Shown here in pieces: positions 29,985 through 38,421 of a stretch of 64,000 bases of DNA. A program made the translations under genes and the position numbers. Position 1 is the first letter of the stretch. Every line of letters starts with the position of its first letter. The stretch comes from a virus (lineage: Duplodnaviria; Caudoviricetes), in IMG/VR virus record IMGVR_UViG_3300028805_000086, positions 1 to 64,000 of that record; one strand, 5' to 3'. Below the pieces are notes generated by a model. The model was not told the origin of the DNA. It did not search any database and saw nothing but the letters and a program-made list of their open reading frames with translations.

Positions 29985-30911
29985 ATGAGCGAGCATACTG
30001 AAACAAGACTTGACAAAAATGGTCTTCTTTATTTGGTTCAAAGATTGAGAACGATCTTTGGCAATCTTTTCCAGGCAAAGGAAGCGGGGAAAGGGCTCAG
30101 CACGAATGATTACACCACTGCTGAGAAAACGAAGCTTTCCGGAATCGCTGAAGGAGCTACGGCAAATGTTGGTACCGTAACCGGCATTACAATGAACGGT
30201 GCTTCTAAGACCGTTGGCGCAAATGGTGTTGTAGATCTTGGAACGGTTATTACTCAGCATCAGGATATTTCAGGAAAGGCAAACCTCACTGATATTCCGA
30301 CAAAAACCAGTGATTTAACAAACGATAGCGGTTTTACGACAAATGTGGGCACTGTAACCGGTATTACAATGAACAGTGCTTCTAAAACCGTCGATGCTAA
30401 TGGCGTTGTAGATTTGGGAACGGTTATTACTCAGCATCAGGACATTTCTGGGAAGGCGGACATTACCGATATCCCAACAAAAACAAGCGATTTAACAAAT
30501 GACAGTGGTTTTCTTACTCAGCATCAGGACATTACAGGAAAGGCAAATGTAGATAGCCCTGCTTTTACCGGAATTCCGACAACGCCGACTGCCGCAACAG
30601 CTTCTGATAATACTCAGGTAGCGAATACAGCGTTTGTGAAAGCTGCTATAGCTGCTGCATTGAGCGGCAAAATTGATCTGCAGTTTCTGTTTTTGCAGAC
30701 CCTTCCGGCAACAGGTGTAGTAGGAACATTCTACTTTATACCAAATCCCGATTCTGTTACGGGTGATGAATGGATTGAGTATGTGTGGGATGCCACAAAC
30801 AGCAAATTTGAGAAGATCGGATCGGCAGCTGTTGATTTAACCGGATATTTTAACACTGAGAATCTTCCAGCCATTACGAATGCTGAGATTGATACGATTT
30901 TAGCGACTTAA
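29985..30911 (+). CDS. Tail/head fibre protein with internal duplication
   Basis: GKGLSTNDYTTAEKTKL; a ~60-aa unit (NVGTVTGITMN...TKTSDLTNDSGF) present twice; SPAFTGIPTTPTA. Confidence 0.75.
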   Translation: MSEHTETRLDKNGLLYLVQRLRTIFGNLFQAKEAGKGLSTNDYTTAEKTKLSGIAEGATANVGTVTGITMNGASKTVGANGVVDLGTVITQHQDISGKANLTDIPTKTSDLTNDSGFTTNVGTVTGITMNSASKTVDANGVVDLGTVITQHQDISGKADITDIPTKTSDLTNDSGFLTQHQDITGKANVDSPAFTGIPTTPTAATASDNTQVANTAFVKAAIAAALSGKIDLQFLFLQTLPATGVVGTFYFIPNPDSVTGDEWIEYVWDATNSKFEKIGSAAVDLTGYFNTENLPAITNAEIDTILAT

Positions 30912-30927
30912 TGGAGGTGCAAAATCG

Positions 30928-31860
30928 ATGGCTAACCGACTCGATAGCACCGGTCTTTCTTATTTATGGGGGAAATTGAAAGCACTATTTTCGCAGAAAG
31001 CTGATAATACAGTTTTTCAAGGAGCCAGCAGTGTATCCGCTGGCGAAAAAGGTCTTGTTCCTGCTCCCGAAGCAGGTACAATCAATCGTGTGCTGAGAGG
31101 AAGCGGAATGTGGACATCTTTAGTTCAGGATTTTTCACAATCATCCTCAAATGCAGATATACCTAGTACAGCCGCCGTTGTTAATTATGTCGGAACAAAA
31201 ATTGTTGACCTTGTTTATCCGGTAGGCTCCATATATATGAGCGTTGCAAGTACATCGCCGAGCGTTTTGTTTGGTGGGACGTGGCAACGGCTTGAAGATC
31301 GTTTTCTTGTAGGAGCAAGCGCACAAAGCCAGAGCTATCCGGCAGGAGCGACTGGCGGCGCTGCAAGCGCAAGTTACACCCCTGCCGGCACGGTTGGGAA
31401 CCACACGCTGACAATAGATGAAATACCGAGCCACAGTCACGGATTAAACTCTCATGTGCATAGCGTTGGCAAACACGCACACGGGCTTAATTCGCACACA
31501 CATGGCGCTGGTACGTATAAGGCAGCGAGCAATGGATCGCATTCACACACATTCAATGACTATTGGAGCGTGTCAGCGACAACAAAAGACAGACAATGCG
31601 TGTCTTTTTCCTCAAATAGTTCAAACGTAGGAGCATCAACAAATTCGGCTGGAGCACACGAGCATTCAATATCAGGATCATCTGGCGCGGCTTCTGGCAA
31701 TACGGCGGACAGCACAGCGTTCAATTCTGGACAGGCGACTGGAAACACTGCAGCTAACGGAAGCGGAAATGCACATAGCCACGGGTTCACAGGTACGGCA
31801 GCAACGATAGCGACGGTACCTCCGTACTTGGCAGTATATATGTGGAAAAGGACAGCATAA
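30928..31860 (+). CDS. Tail fibre/baseplate protein with HxH repeats
   Basis: YPVGSIYMS...FGGTW; many HSH/HTH/HAH motifs; PPYLAVYMWKRTA end. Confidence 0.8.
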   Translation: MANRLDSTGLSYLWGKLKALFSQKADNTVFQGASSVSAGEKGLVPAPEAGTINRVLRGSGMWTSLVQDFSQSSSNADIPSTAAVVNYVGTKIVDLVYPVGSIYMSVASTSPSVLFGGTWQRLEDRFLVGASAQSQSYPAGATGGAASASYTPAGTVGNHTLTIDEIPSHSHGLNSHVHSVGKHAHGLNSHTHGAGTYKAASNGSHSHTFNDYWSVSATTKDRQCVSFSSNSSNVGASTNSAGAHEHSISGSSGAASGNTADSTAFNSGQATGNTAANGSGNAHSHGFTGTAATIATVPPYLAVYMWKRTA

Positions 31861-31876
31861 ACAGGAAGGAGAAAAC

Positions 31877-32344
31877 ATGAAAGCAGTTGTAAACGAGCAG
31901 ACAATTAACAATGTTGCATGGAGCGCAAACGAAGGAACAGGGGTGCTTCAGTTTCAAACAAGCAGGACTATAGCCGAGCTTGAGGAAATCTTCAATTCTT
32001 CCAATGCAATAAATATCAGCATATACACGGAAGAAGACCAACTTGAAGAAATGTGGTATTTGCGTACATTGCACGAAATTTCATGCAAAAAGGCGAATGA
32101 CGAATGGATTGCGTCCGTTACGTTTAAGGTTTCGGCGATCGATAACAACAGCGAGGCAGAAATTCGTGGCAGCATCAGCGACAGCGATGATGCTCTGATT
32201 GAACTTGCCGGAATGATTTCTGATATTGCTGATTCTCTGGAAAATACCGATTCACGCATTCAAACGCATCAAGAAATTTTGGACAGGATTTCAAACCTTT
32301 ATGATGCGCTTGCCGACAGAGTAGCGATCCTTGAAAACAAATAA
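31877..32344 (+). CDS. Hypothetical protein with C-terminal coiled coil
   Basis: ORF with RBS aggaga; DDALIELA motif. Confidence 0.65.
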   Translation: MKAVVNEQTINNVAWSANEGTGVLQFQTSRTIAELEEIFNSSNAINISIYTEEDQLEEMWYLRTLHEISCKKANDEWIASVTFKVSAIDNNSEAEIRGSISDSDDALIELAGMISDIADSLENTDSRIQTHQEILDRISNLYDALADRVAILENK

Positions 32345-32358
32345 AGGGGCGGAACGAA

Positions 32359-32460
32359 ATGGTTAAAATTTACGTTAAGCAGATCAGGTCTGGAAAAATG
32401 ACAATTGATCAAGTGCCGGAAAAGTGGCGTGAAGAGGTCCGAAAAGCTTTGGAAGAATGA
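32359..32460 (+). CDS. CD1375-like small protein
   Basis: MVKIYVKQIRSGKMTIDQVPEKWREEVRKALEE; typical small gene after tail fibres. Confidence 0.7.
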   Translation: MVKIYVKQIRSGKMTIDQVPEKWREEVRKALEE

Positions 32461-32655
32461 TATCTTCACATAAGGAGAATGCCATGCATAAAGCAGTTGA
32501 TGATGCTCTTAAATGTACGCATCCCGGTAGACGGTGGAAGCGAAAATATAAGAGAGCAAAACGGGCAATAATTATGTCACATAAGGAAAAAACAATGAAC
32601 TTCGCATAAGGAAAATATCTATAAAAAACTGAATTCGTAAAAGGATGTTTTTGAT

Positions 32656-33030
32656 ATGTGGATCTATGCTAATCCGAATCCTTTACGTAAACAAGTCCCA
32701 GATTGTGTAATTCGAGCTATATGCATAGCACTCAATAAGAGTTGGCTAGAAGTATACGACGATTTATGCAATCTGGGACGTTCTGAGTTTAATATGCCTT
32801 CAGCAGATGTTGTCTGGGGCAAATACCTTTATCAATTAGGCTTCGAGCCTTTTTTACTACCCTATAGTTGCCCAAGATGTGTGACTATTAGAGAGTTTTC
32901 TAAAATATTTCAAAATGGAACCTATATTATTGGCACAGGCAGTCATGCCGTGGCTATAATTAATGGTAATTATTACGATAGCTGGGATAGCGGAGATGAA
33001 ATTCCCAGTTTCTTTTGGAAAATAACATGA
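32656..33030 (+). CDS. Conserved-looking protein with Cys/His/Asp motifs (papain-like peptidase fold possible)
   Basis: NPNP...DCVIRAI...GSHAVAI...YYDSWDSG. Confidence 0.65.
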   Translation: MWIYANPNPLRKQVPDCVIRAICIALNKSWLEVYDDLCNLGRSEFNMPSADVVWGKYLYQLGFEPFLLPYSCPRCVTIREFSKIFQNGTYIIGTGSHAVAIINGNYYDSWDSGDEIPSFFWKIT

Positions 33031-33050
33031 GATGAAAGGGGCTTTGTTAT

Positions 33051-33542
33051 ATGCCAAATTATTACAATCCGAATTTATTCTATCCAGCTACTTATCAGAA
33101 TGCATATTCTAATCCTGTATATCCTCTTCCTCAACAACAGGTTGCTCAATCTGGCATGGCTATGACTGACGACCTTGTTATGAAGTGGGTAGATGGAGAA
33201 GTTGGTGCTAAAGCATTTCAAATGCCTCCGGGATGGCCGGCAAATAAGCCAATTCCACTTTGGGATAGCACCGATACGAATGTGTTTTTGAAAAGTTGGA
33301 GCCCTATGGGCTTTCCGAATCCTATTCAGAAACTTCATTACACGATGCCTGAGCAGCAAGCACCTTCTGTTTTGCCTGCAGGACAAAGTGGACAGACCTC
33401 TGAAGCGTCAGCTCCTGATATGAGCCAGTATGTTACAAAAGACGATTTGAATCAAATGAAACAAGAAATCCGTAATATGCTGAACAATCAAAATGGAAGA
33501 GGAAATCAGCGAAATGATGGAAACAGAGGTGAGAATCGATGA
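33051..33542 (+). CDS. Pro/Gln-rich hypothetical protein
   Basis: WVDGEVGAKAF...LWDS...YVTKDDL. Confidence 0.7.
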   Translation: MPNYYNPNLFYPATYQNAYSNPVYPLPQQQVAQSGMAMTDDLVMKWVDGEVGAKAFQMPPGWPANKPIPLWDSTDTNVFLKSWSPMGFPNPIQKLHYTMPEQQAPSVLPAGQSGQTSEASAPDMSQYVTKDDLNQMKQEIRNMLNNQNGRGNQRNDGNRGENR

Positions 33543-33811
33543 ATCCACTTTATCAAAATTTGATGAATATGGGTATGCCGGTTCAACAACCAACATCGTT
33601 TAGTGGTATGACTTTTCAGAATCCTATGCAGAAAATGCAGTATATCATGCAAGCAATGAATAATCCTGCTGCTTTTGTAAGACAGGCAATCCCTGATATT
33701 CCACCAGAGATTGCTAATGATCCAAATCAAATTCTGCAATATCTGCAGAAAACTAGAGGTATCTCTAATGAGCAGATTCAACAGGCTGCTATGCAGATAC
33801 CGAGGTTTTAG
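33539..33811 (+). CDS. Gln/Met-rich hypothetical protein
   Basis: MNPLYQ...NDPNQILQYL; coupled to the upstream ORF (ATGA). Confidence 0.7.
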   Translation: MNPLYQNLMNMGMPVQQPTSFSGMTFQNPMQKMQYIMQAMNNPAAFVRQAIPDIPPEIANDPNQILQYLQKTRGISNEQIQQAAMQIPRF

Positions 33812-33821
33812 GAGGTAAGTA

Positions 33822-34103
33822 ATGGATACGATTTTTGATAAACCTTTAAATAAGGAATTGAATGATAAACCTGACTATGCTACCGAAATGCCGATGAGCG
33901 ACTCAGATTCAACTTCAGTATCGCAGGCTATTGTGAACTTACAGGAGCAGACAAGTAAGAGGATCCCATCCGAACCGCCGGATACAAATTATGGCATCGT
34001 GTCAAATATGTTTGTTAGCTATGACAGTGGTACATGGTACTTGAATTTAGTAACACCATCGTCTTCAACATGGAAAAAAGTAGCACTAACGAATGTTACT
34101 TAA
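33822..34103 (+). CDS. Hypothetical protein
   Basis: RBS aggaggt. Confidence 0.6.
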   Translation: MDTIFDKPLNKELNDKPDYATEMPMSDSDSTSVSQAIVNLQEQTSKRIPSEPPDTNYGIVSNMFVSYDSGTWYLNLVTPSSSTWKKVALTNVT

Positions 34104-34132
34104 CTTCGCAAAAGGAAAACACGGAGAGTAAC

Positions 34133-34306
34133 ATGGAATTTGAAGAAGTTAAACAAATTGCATTGAATTCCGTTGATGAATCGGCAAACATGAATGAACT
34201 GATACAAATTGTTATTAACAAGATTTATCAGCAAGGTGTTGAAGATGGGAAAATGGAACATAATGGGAACCGCGAAAAACATTATGATGTCAGACAAACC
34301 ACATGA
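34133..34306 (+). CDS. Hypothetical protein
   Basis: RBS ggagag; MEFEEVKQ. Confidence 0.55.
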   Translation: MEFEEVKQIALNSVDESANMNELIQIVINKIYQQGVEDGKMEHNGNREKHYDVRQTT

Positions 34307-34669
34307 TATGGCGAAGAAATATTATTATCTACGATACACGGATATTGTTGTTGTGTATCTTACATATGAAGAAAAGGATAGTTTCATCCGTAAGAACTGG
34401 AGTGTAACACTGATTCCGTGTGAGTAACTAAAGTAAAAAGGAGCGTATTGCGTACATGAACATGGACAATTTCAAGCCATTGCAAGAATGGATGGATAGC
34501 ATACCGGAGCCGAAATGGTGGCAGTTCAGAACACGATTCATCTGTTGGTTGTCTGACAGGATTGATGATCACAACACGAGAAAGCATGAACGAAAACTGA
34601 TAAAAATCGTACCAAAGGATTAACTTCGCAAAAGGAAAATATTTAAAGGCGACTAAAGGAGAAAAGAAA

Positions 34670-34891
34670 ATGAGTAGAGTTGTTGTTATTGAAAAAAATA
34701 AGGATGGAAAAATTGAACTCACAAAAGAAGAACTTCAGAAAATGCTTGATGATGCATACACCCAAGGATACAGAGACCACCAAGTAAGATATGAAACGAT
34801 TACATATCCAAGTTATCCAGTTTGGTATGCAACTACAAATACAATAAGTAAAGACTCCGTGACGTTGAACAGTACTGACGTTAGCATTTAA
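34670..34891 (+). CDS. Hypothetical protein
   Basis: RBS aaggag. Confidence 0.6.
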   Translation: MSRVVVIEKNKDGKIELTKEELQKMLDDAYTQGYRDHQVRYETITYPSYPVWYATTNTISKDSVTLNSTDVSI

Positions 34892-35164
34892 AGGCGACTT
34901 TGCAAAAAGGAAAAACAGTAAATTTTCTACATTTTTCTAATGATTGTTAACCAAATCCTCCCTCGCTATCCCGAAACGGATATAAGCATTTTACGCGTAT
35001 GCTTGACTTGAAGGATTTGGAGCAATAAAGAAGATCGTTTCGTTATGAGGCGGTCTTCTTTCATTTTCATATTTTTATCAGCTAGTAGATAAGCTATCAG
35101 GTTGAAAGATATTTGCAAAACTGATAAAACATCAAATTTCTTTTTTCATCTAGGAGGGATCAGA

Positions 35165-35812
35165 ATGACTGGTGAAAATGGAACAATGTATATGCCTGTG
35201 GCACCTGCGTATGGTGGTAACGACATGTTCGGTGGAAATTCTGCTTGGTGGATTATTATTCTGTTGATCTTCGGCGGATGGGGCTGGGGAAACAACGGCT
35301 ATGGTGGCAATGGAGGCATCGGATCCGAGGTACAACGTGGTTTTGATCAGAATGCCATTATGAATGGCCTGTCTGGAATTCAGAATGCTATTACTACCGG
35401 CAATGCTGCAATGCAGAGTTCTTTCCAGAATTGTTGTTGCCAGAATCAGCTTGGAATCGCCGATCTTAAGTACACTGTTGCCACTGAAGCTTGTGCCGAT
35501 CGTAATACTGTATCTATGGCTCTTCGAGATGTTCTTGAGGCTAACAATGCGTCTACTCAGCGTATTCTGGATACCATGTGCCAGGATAAGATTGATGCAA
35601 AGAATGAACTGATTGCTAATCTGCGTCAGCAGCTGGCTGCTGCTCAGGCTGCGGCTTCTCAGAATGCTCAGACTGCTGCAATCATTGCTAATAATGAAGC
35701 TCAGACAGCGGCTCTTGAACAGTATCTTGCGCCAGTCCCGCGTCCTGCTTATATTGTGCAGAATCCTAATGGCTGCAATTGCGGTGCTAATTTCGGTTGC
35801 GGCACTATTTAA
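35165..35812 (+). CDS. Gly-rich membrane-anchored coiled-coil protein with CCC motif
   Basis: WWIIILLIFGGWGWG, QRGFDQ, NCCCQN, Cys-rich C-terminus; RBS aggagg. Confidence 0.8.
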   Translation: MTGENGTMYMPVAPAYGGNDMFGGNSAWWIIILLIFGGWGWGNNGYGGNGGIGSEVQRGFDQNAIMNGLSGIQNAITTGNAAMQSSFQNCCCQNQLGIADLKYTVATEACADRNTVSMALRDVLEANNASTQRILDTMCQDKIDAKNELIANLRQQLAAAQAAASQNAQTAAIIANNEAQTAALEQYLAPVPRPAYIVQNPNGCNCGANFGCGTI

Positions 35813-35827
35813 TTTAATATGTCATAT

Positions 35828-35862
35828 TGGGGCTATTGCATCGCTGTGATAGCCCCATTTTT
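35828..35862 (+). terminator. Rho-independent terminator
   Basis: tggggctat...atagcccca followed by ttttt. Confidence 0.75.
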
Positions 35863-35906
35863 AGTCAAATTACTAAATAGACTAATTTTGATGGAGGTAA
35901 AAAGTT

Positions 35907-36365
35907 ATGGCTGAATTTATTTATAACGAGATTCAGCAGATTCCTGCTGGTTCTTCTGCTTTGCTTAATGATGCGATTCCATGCAATCGCGGATATGTTC
36001 TTCATCGTCCTGGTTCTGGTATTCTTACTCTTAAAGGTGCGGTTAATAATCCTTGTGCTCGCTTCGCGAGATATAAAGTAGTTTATGATGGTAATATTGC
36101 AGTTCCAACAGCAGTTGCTCCTGGAGAGATTCAGGTAGCTATTGCAATCGGAGGAGAAGTTCTGTCTTCAAGTATCGCTGCTGCAACTCCGACAGTTGCC
36201 GATGCATATTGGAATGTTTCGGGCTTTGCGATCATCGATGTACCAGTAGGATGCTGCTATACTGTCGCTATTGAAAATGCTACCGTTTCTGAAGATCCCG
36301 CTACTACGCCGGCTATTCCGATTAATATGCGGAATCTTAATGTTGAAGTAACCAGACTGGCGTAA
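35907..36365 (+). CDS. Beta-sandwich protein (BclA-C/C1q-like, tentative)
   Basis: HRPGSGILTLKG...YKVVYDGNIA...IAIGGE...NLNVEVTRLA. Confidence 0.6.
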   Translation: MAEFIYNEIQQIPAGSSALLNDAIPCNRGYVLHRPGSGILTLKGAVNNPCARFARYKVVYDGNIAVPTAVAPGEIQVAIAIGGEVLSSSIAAATPTVADAYWNVSGFAIIDVPVGCCYTVAIENATVSEDPATTPAIPINMRNLNVEVTRLA

Positions 36366-36379
36366 AGGAGGAAATCAAA

Positions 36380-36745
36380 ATGGAAGTAAAAAAGCATGAA
36401 ATGCTAGAGCAGAAAATGTGTAAAGAACTGGATATGCTTGAAGAAAAGATGAGAACTGGCGGAGAAATGAGCATTCAGGATCTCGATAAGATTGATAAGC
36501 TTTATCATGCATTGAAGAGTATGGCTACTTATAATGCTATGAAAGAAGCTGAAGAATATGGATATTCTGAAGATGGAATGAGTGGTCGTCGTGGACGTGA
36601 TGCTTCTACTGGAAGGTATATTAGTCGGGATGATGGCAGAAGTTATACCGATGGGTATTCCAGGGGATATTCTGAAGCGATGAATCAAATGAATAATAGC
36701 GGACATTACCCTCCTATGCCTGATTATACTCCTCGGCGGTGGTGA
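36380..36745 (+). CDS. Hypothetical protein
   Basis: Helical N-terminus; RGRDASTGRYISRD motif; RBS aggagg. Confidence 0.7.
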   Translation: MEVKKHEMLEQKMCKELDMLEEKMRTGGEMSIQDLDKIDKLYHALKSMATYNAMKEAEEYGYSEDGMSGRRGRDASTGRYISRDDGRSYTDGYSRGYSEAMNQMNNSGHYPPMPDYTPRRW

Positions 36746-36749
36746 TTTT

Positions 36750-37106
36750 ATGCTGACAATTACCATGCCGAGAGGAGATATTAAAATCGTCAGATTCCAG
36801 GTTTATGATCTTCAAACCGGAGATTTAAGCCAGACTGATTTTACCAAAATCTACATGTCGGTGAAAAGGACCATACATGAAAGAGATGTTTTGTTCCAGA
36901 AGCGATTGAGTGATGGAGGAATTGAGAAGCTCGGCACTGGTGATTATCAGATTAAAATCGATGGACCTGATACTGAGTCGCTTAATTTCAATACATCCTA
37001 TCCTTTCGATATCGAATTACTCTATGGAAATGAGATCAAGCAAACAGAATATGGCGAACTGGAACTTACGCCTGAGGTAACCTGTGTATGGAATGAGGTG
37101 AAGTAA
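36750..37106 (+). CDS. BppU-N-like adaptor protein
   Basis: ITMPRGD...YMSVK...LFQKRL...DTESL...YPFDIEL. Confidence 0.6.
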   Translation: MLTITMPRGDIKIVRFQVYDLQTGDLSQTDFTKIYMSVKRTIHERDVLFQKRLSDGGIEKLGTGDYQIKIDGPDTESLNFNTSYPFDIELLYGNEIKQTEYGELELTPEVTCVWNEVK

Positions 37107-37406
37107 TTGAGCACTTCGCCACTAAAAAACGCATTACAAACTCCGCAAACGTACAGAATAAACATATCCGATCAGGTATTGCATTCGATCGGTGTGGCTC
37201 CAGCGATTCCTTATGGAATGGCTAAGCTTACGATGGACACGACCGCACATTGGGCTGCTGGATCTGTAACGCCTGGTACTGCTGGTACTCCGACAGCCGT
37301 TACTTTGCCTACAACTAAAAACACGTCTGTGCTAAGTGCAGTTTCTGCCGAATTAAGTGGTGCTCCGACATTTACTGGAACCGCCGGAACTGTTACGGTG
37401 TCCTAA
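37107..37406 (+). CDS. Thr/Gly-rich fibre-like protein, possibly truncated
   Basis: TTG start after gaggtg; APTFTGTAGTVTVS end. Confidence 0.45.
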   Translation: MSTSPLKNALQTPQTYRINISDQVLHSIGVAPAIPYGMAKLTMDTTAHWAAGSVTPGTAGTPTAVTLPTTKNTSVLSAVSAELSGAPTFTGTAGTVTVS

Positions 37407-37423
37407 TATCGAATTTGCAAAAT

Positions 37424-37450
37424 GGGGCTGTGAAATTAAGTAGCAGCCCC
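37424..37450 (+). terminator. Terminator-like hairpin, identical copy at 54531
   Basis: ggggctgtgaaattaagtagcagcccc at both positions. Confidence 0.75.
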
Positions 37451-37484
37451 TATTTATATTAAAAGAAAGGAGTGCTTTCATCTT

Positions 37485-38264
37485 ATGGCTGATATTTCAA
37501 AAATTGTAACTACTTCTGGCGATTCATATGATATTAAAGATGCGATTGCCAGAACTGACTTAGAGTTGAAAGCGCCTAAAGCGAATCCGGTATTTACTGG
37601 ATCGATAAGTCTTGGAAGAACCAGTGGAACCAATGTCGGTTCGAATTCAGTAGCTCTTGGTTCTGGTATAATTTCTTCCGGGTATTATACTTTTGCAGAA
37701 GGTTATGGAACAACTTCTTCGGGTATAGCGTCACATGCTGAAGGATGGTCTACAATTGCTAAAAATACAGCATCTCATGCTATGGGTATGAGTACTGTTG
37801 CTAATGGAAATTATTCATTAGTGTTTGGTAAGCAGAATGTTCCCGATAGTATTAACAATTTTCCGCTTTGGGAAGCCAATACTTATTACAAAGTCGGTGA
37901 CATAGTAAGACGTTCTGATGGATATACTGCATATTGTAAAACAGCTCATACCAGTCAGCAAACATATAATGCGGATAGTAATAAATGGGAACCATCTCTT
38001 GGACTATATAAATATGTAGAAATTGTTGGGAATTGTTTGGATGGGGTTTCTTCGCATGTATCTAATGCTAGAGCTTTGGATTGGCATGGAAATGAGCATT
38101 TAAATGGTGATCTATATATTAAATGTAATTCTGATTCATCGAACGGCATCAAAGTTTCTGATGGTTTGCTGAGTACGACAGATAGAACTAAATTAAATAA
38201 TTTGAAAACTGTTAGCATTACTTACAATTCTTCTGATGACTGTATAGAAGTCGCGTATACATAA
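37485..38264 (+). CDS. Fibre/adhesin with Hep-Hag (YadA-head-like) repeats and a small carbohydrate-binding-like module
   Basis: SHAEG/FAEG/SHAMG repeats; WEANTYYKVGDIV...YCKTAHTS. Confidence 0.7.
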   Translation: MADISKIVTTSGDSYDIKDAIARTDLELKAPKANPVFTGSISLGRTSGTNVGSNSVALGSGIISSGYYTFAEGYGTTSSGIASHAEGWSTIAKNTASHAMGMSTVANGNYSLVFGKQNVPDSINNFPLWEANTYYKVGDIVRRSDGYTAYCKTAHTSQQTYNADSNKWEPSLGLYKYVEIVGNCLDGVSSHVSNARALDWHGNEHLNGDLYIKCNSDSSNGIKVSDGLLSTTDRTKLNNLKTVSITYNSSDDCIEVAYT

Positions 38265-38304
38265 TGAATAATAGGGAATATTCGAATAGAATTTCCCTTT
38301 TTAT

Positions 38305-38375
38305 GGGCGGGTCCGATATGAAATGACTAATACGGCTTAGTAAGCGATGCTGGTTGGAATCCGGCTCCGTCCACC
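38305..38375 (+). ncRNA. tRNA-like element (degenerate)
   Basis: Acceptor gggcggg/tccgtcc + ACC; T-arm gctgg-TTGGAAT-ccggc; no canonical D or anticodon arm. Confidence 0.45.
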
Positions 38376-38421
38376 TTCTAATAAAAATTCAAAATGGAAG
38401 TATAAAAGGAGCGACAAATAC

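Noticed and set aside
28150-30540. Diversity-generating retroelement TR/VR pair
   Set aside because: The duplications are in-frame protein repeats with differences not confined to adenines, and there is no reverse transcriptase in the window.
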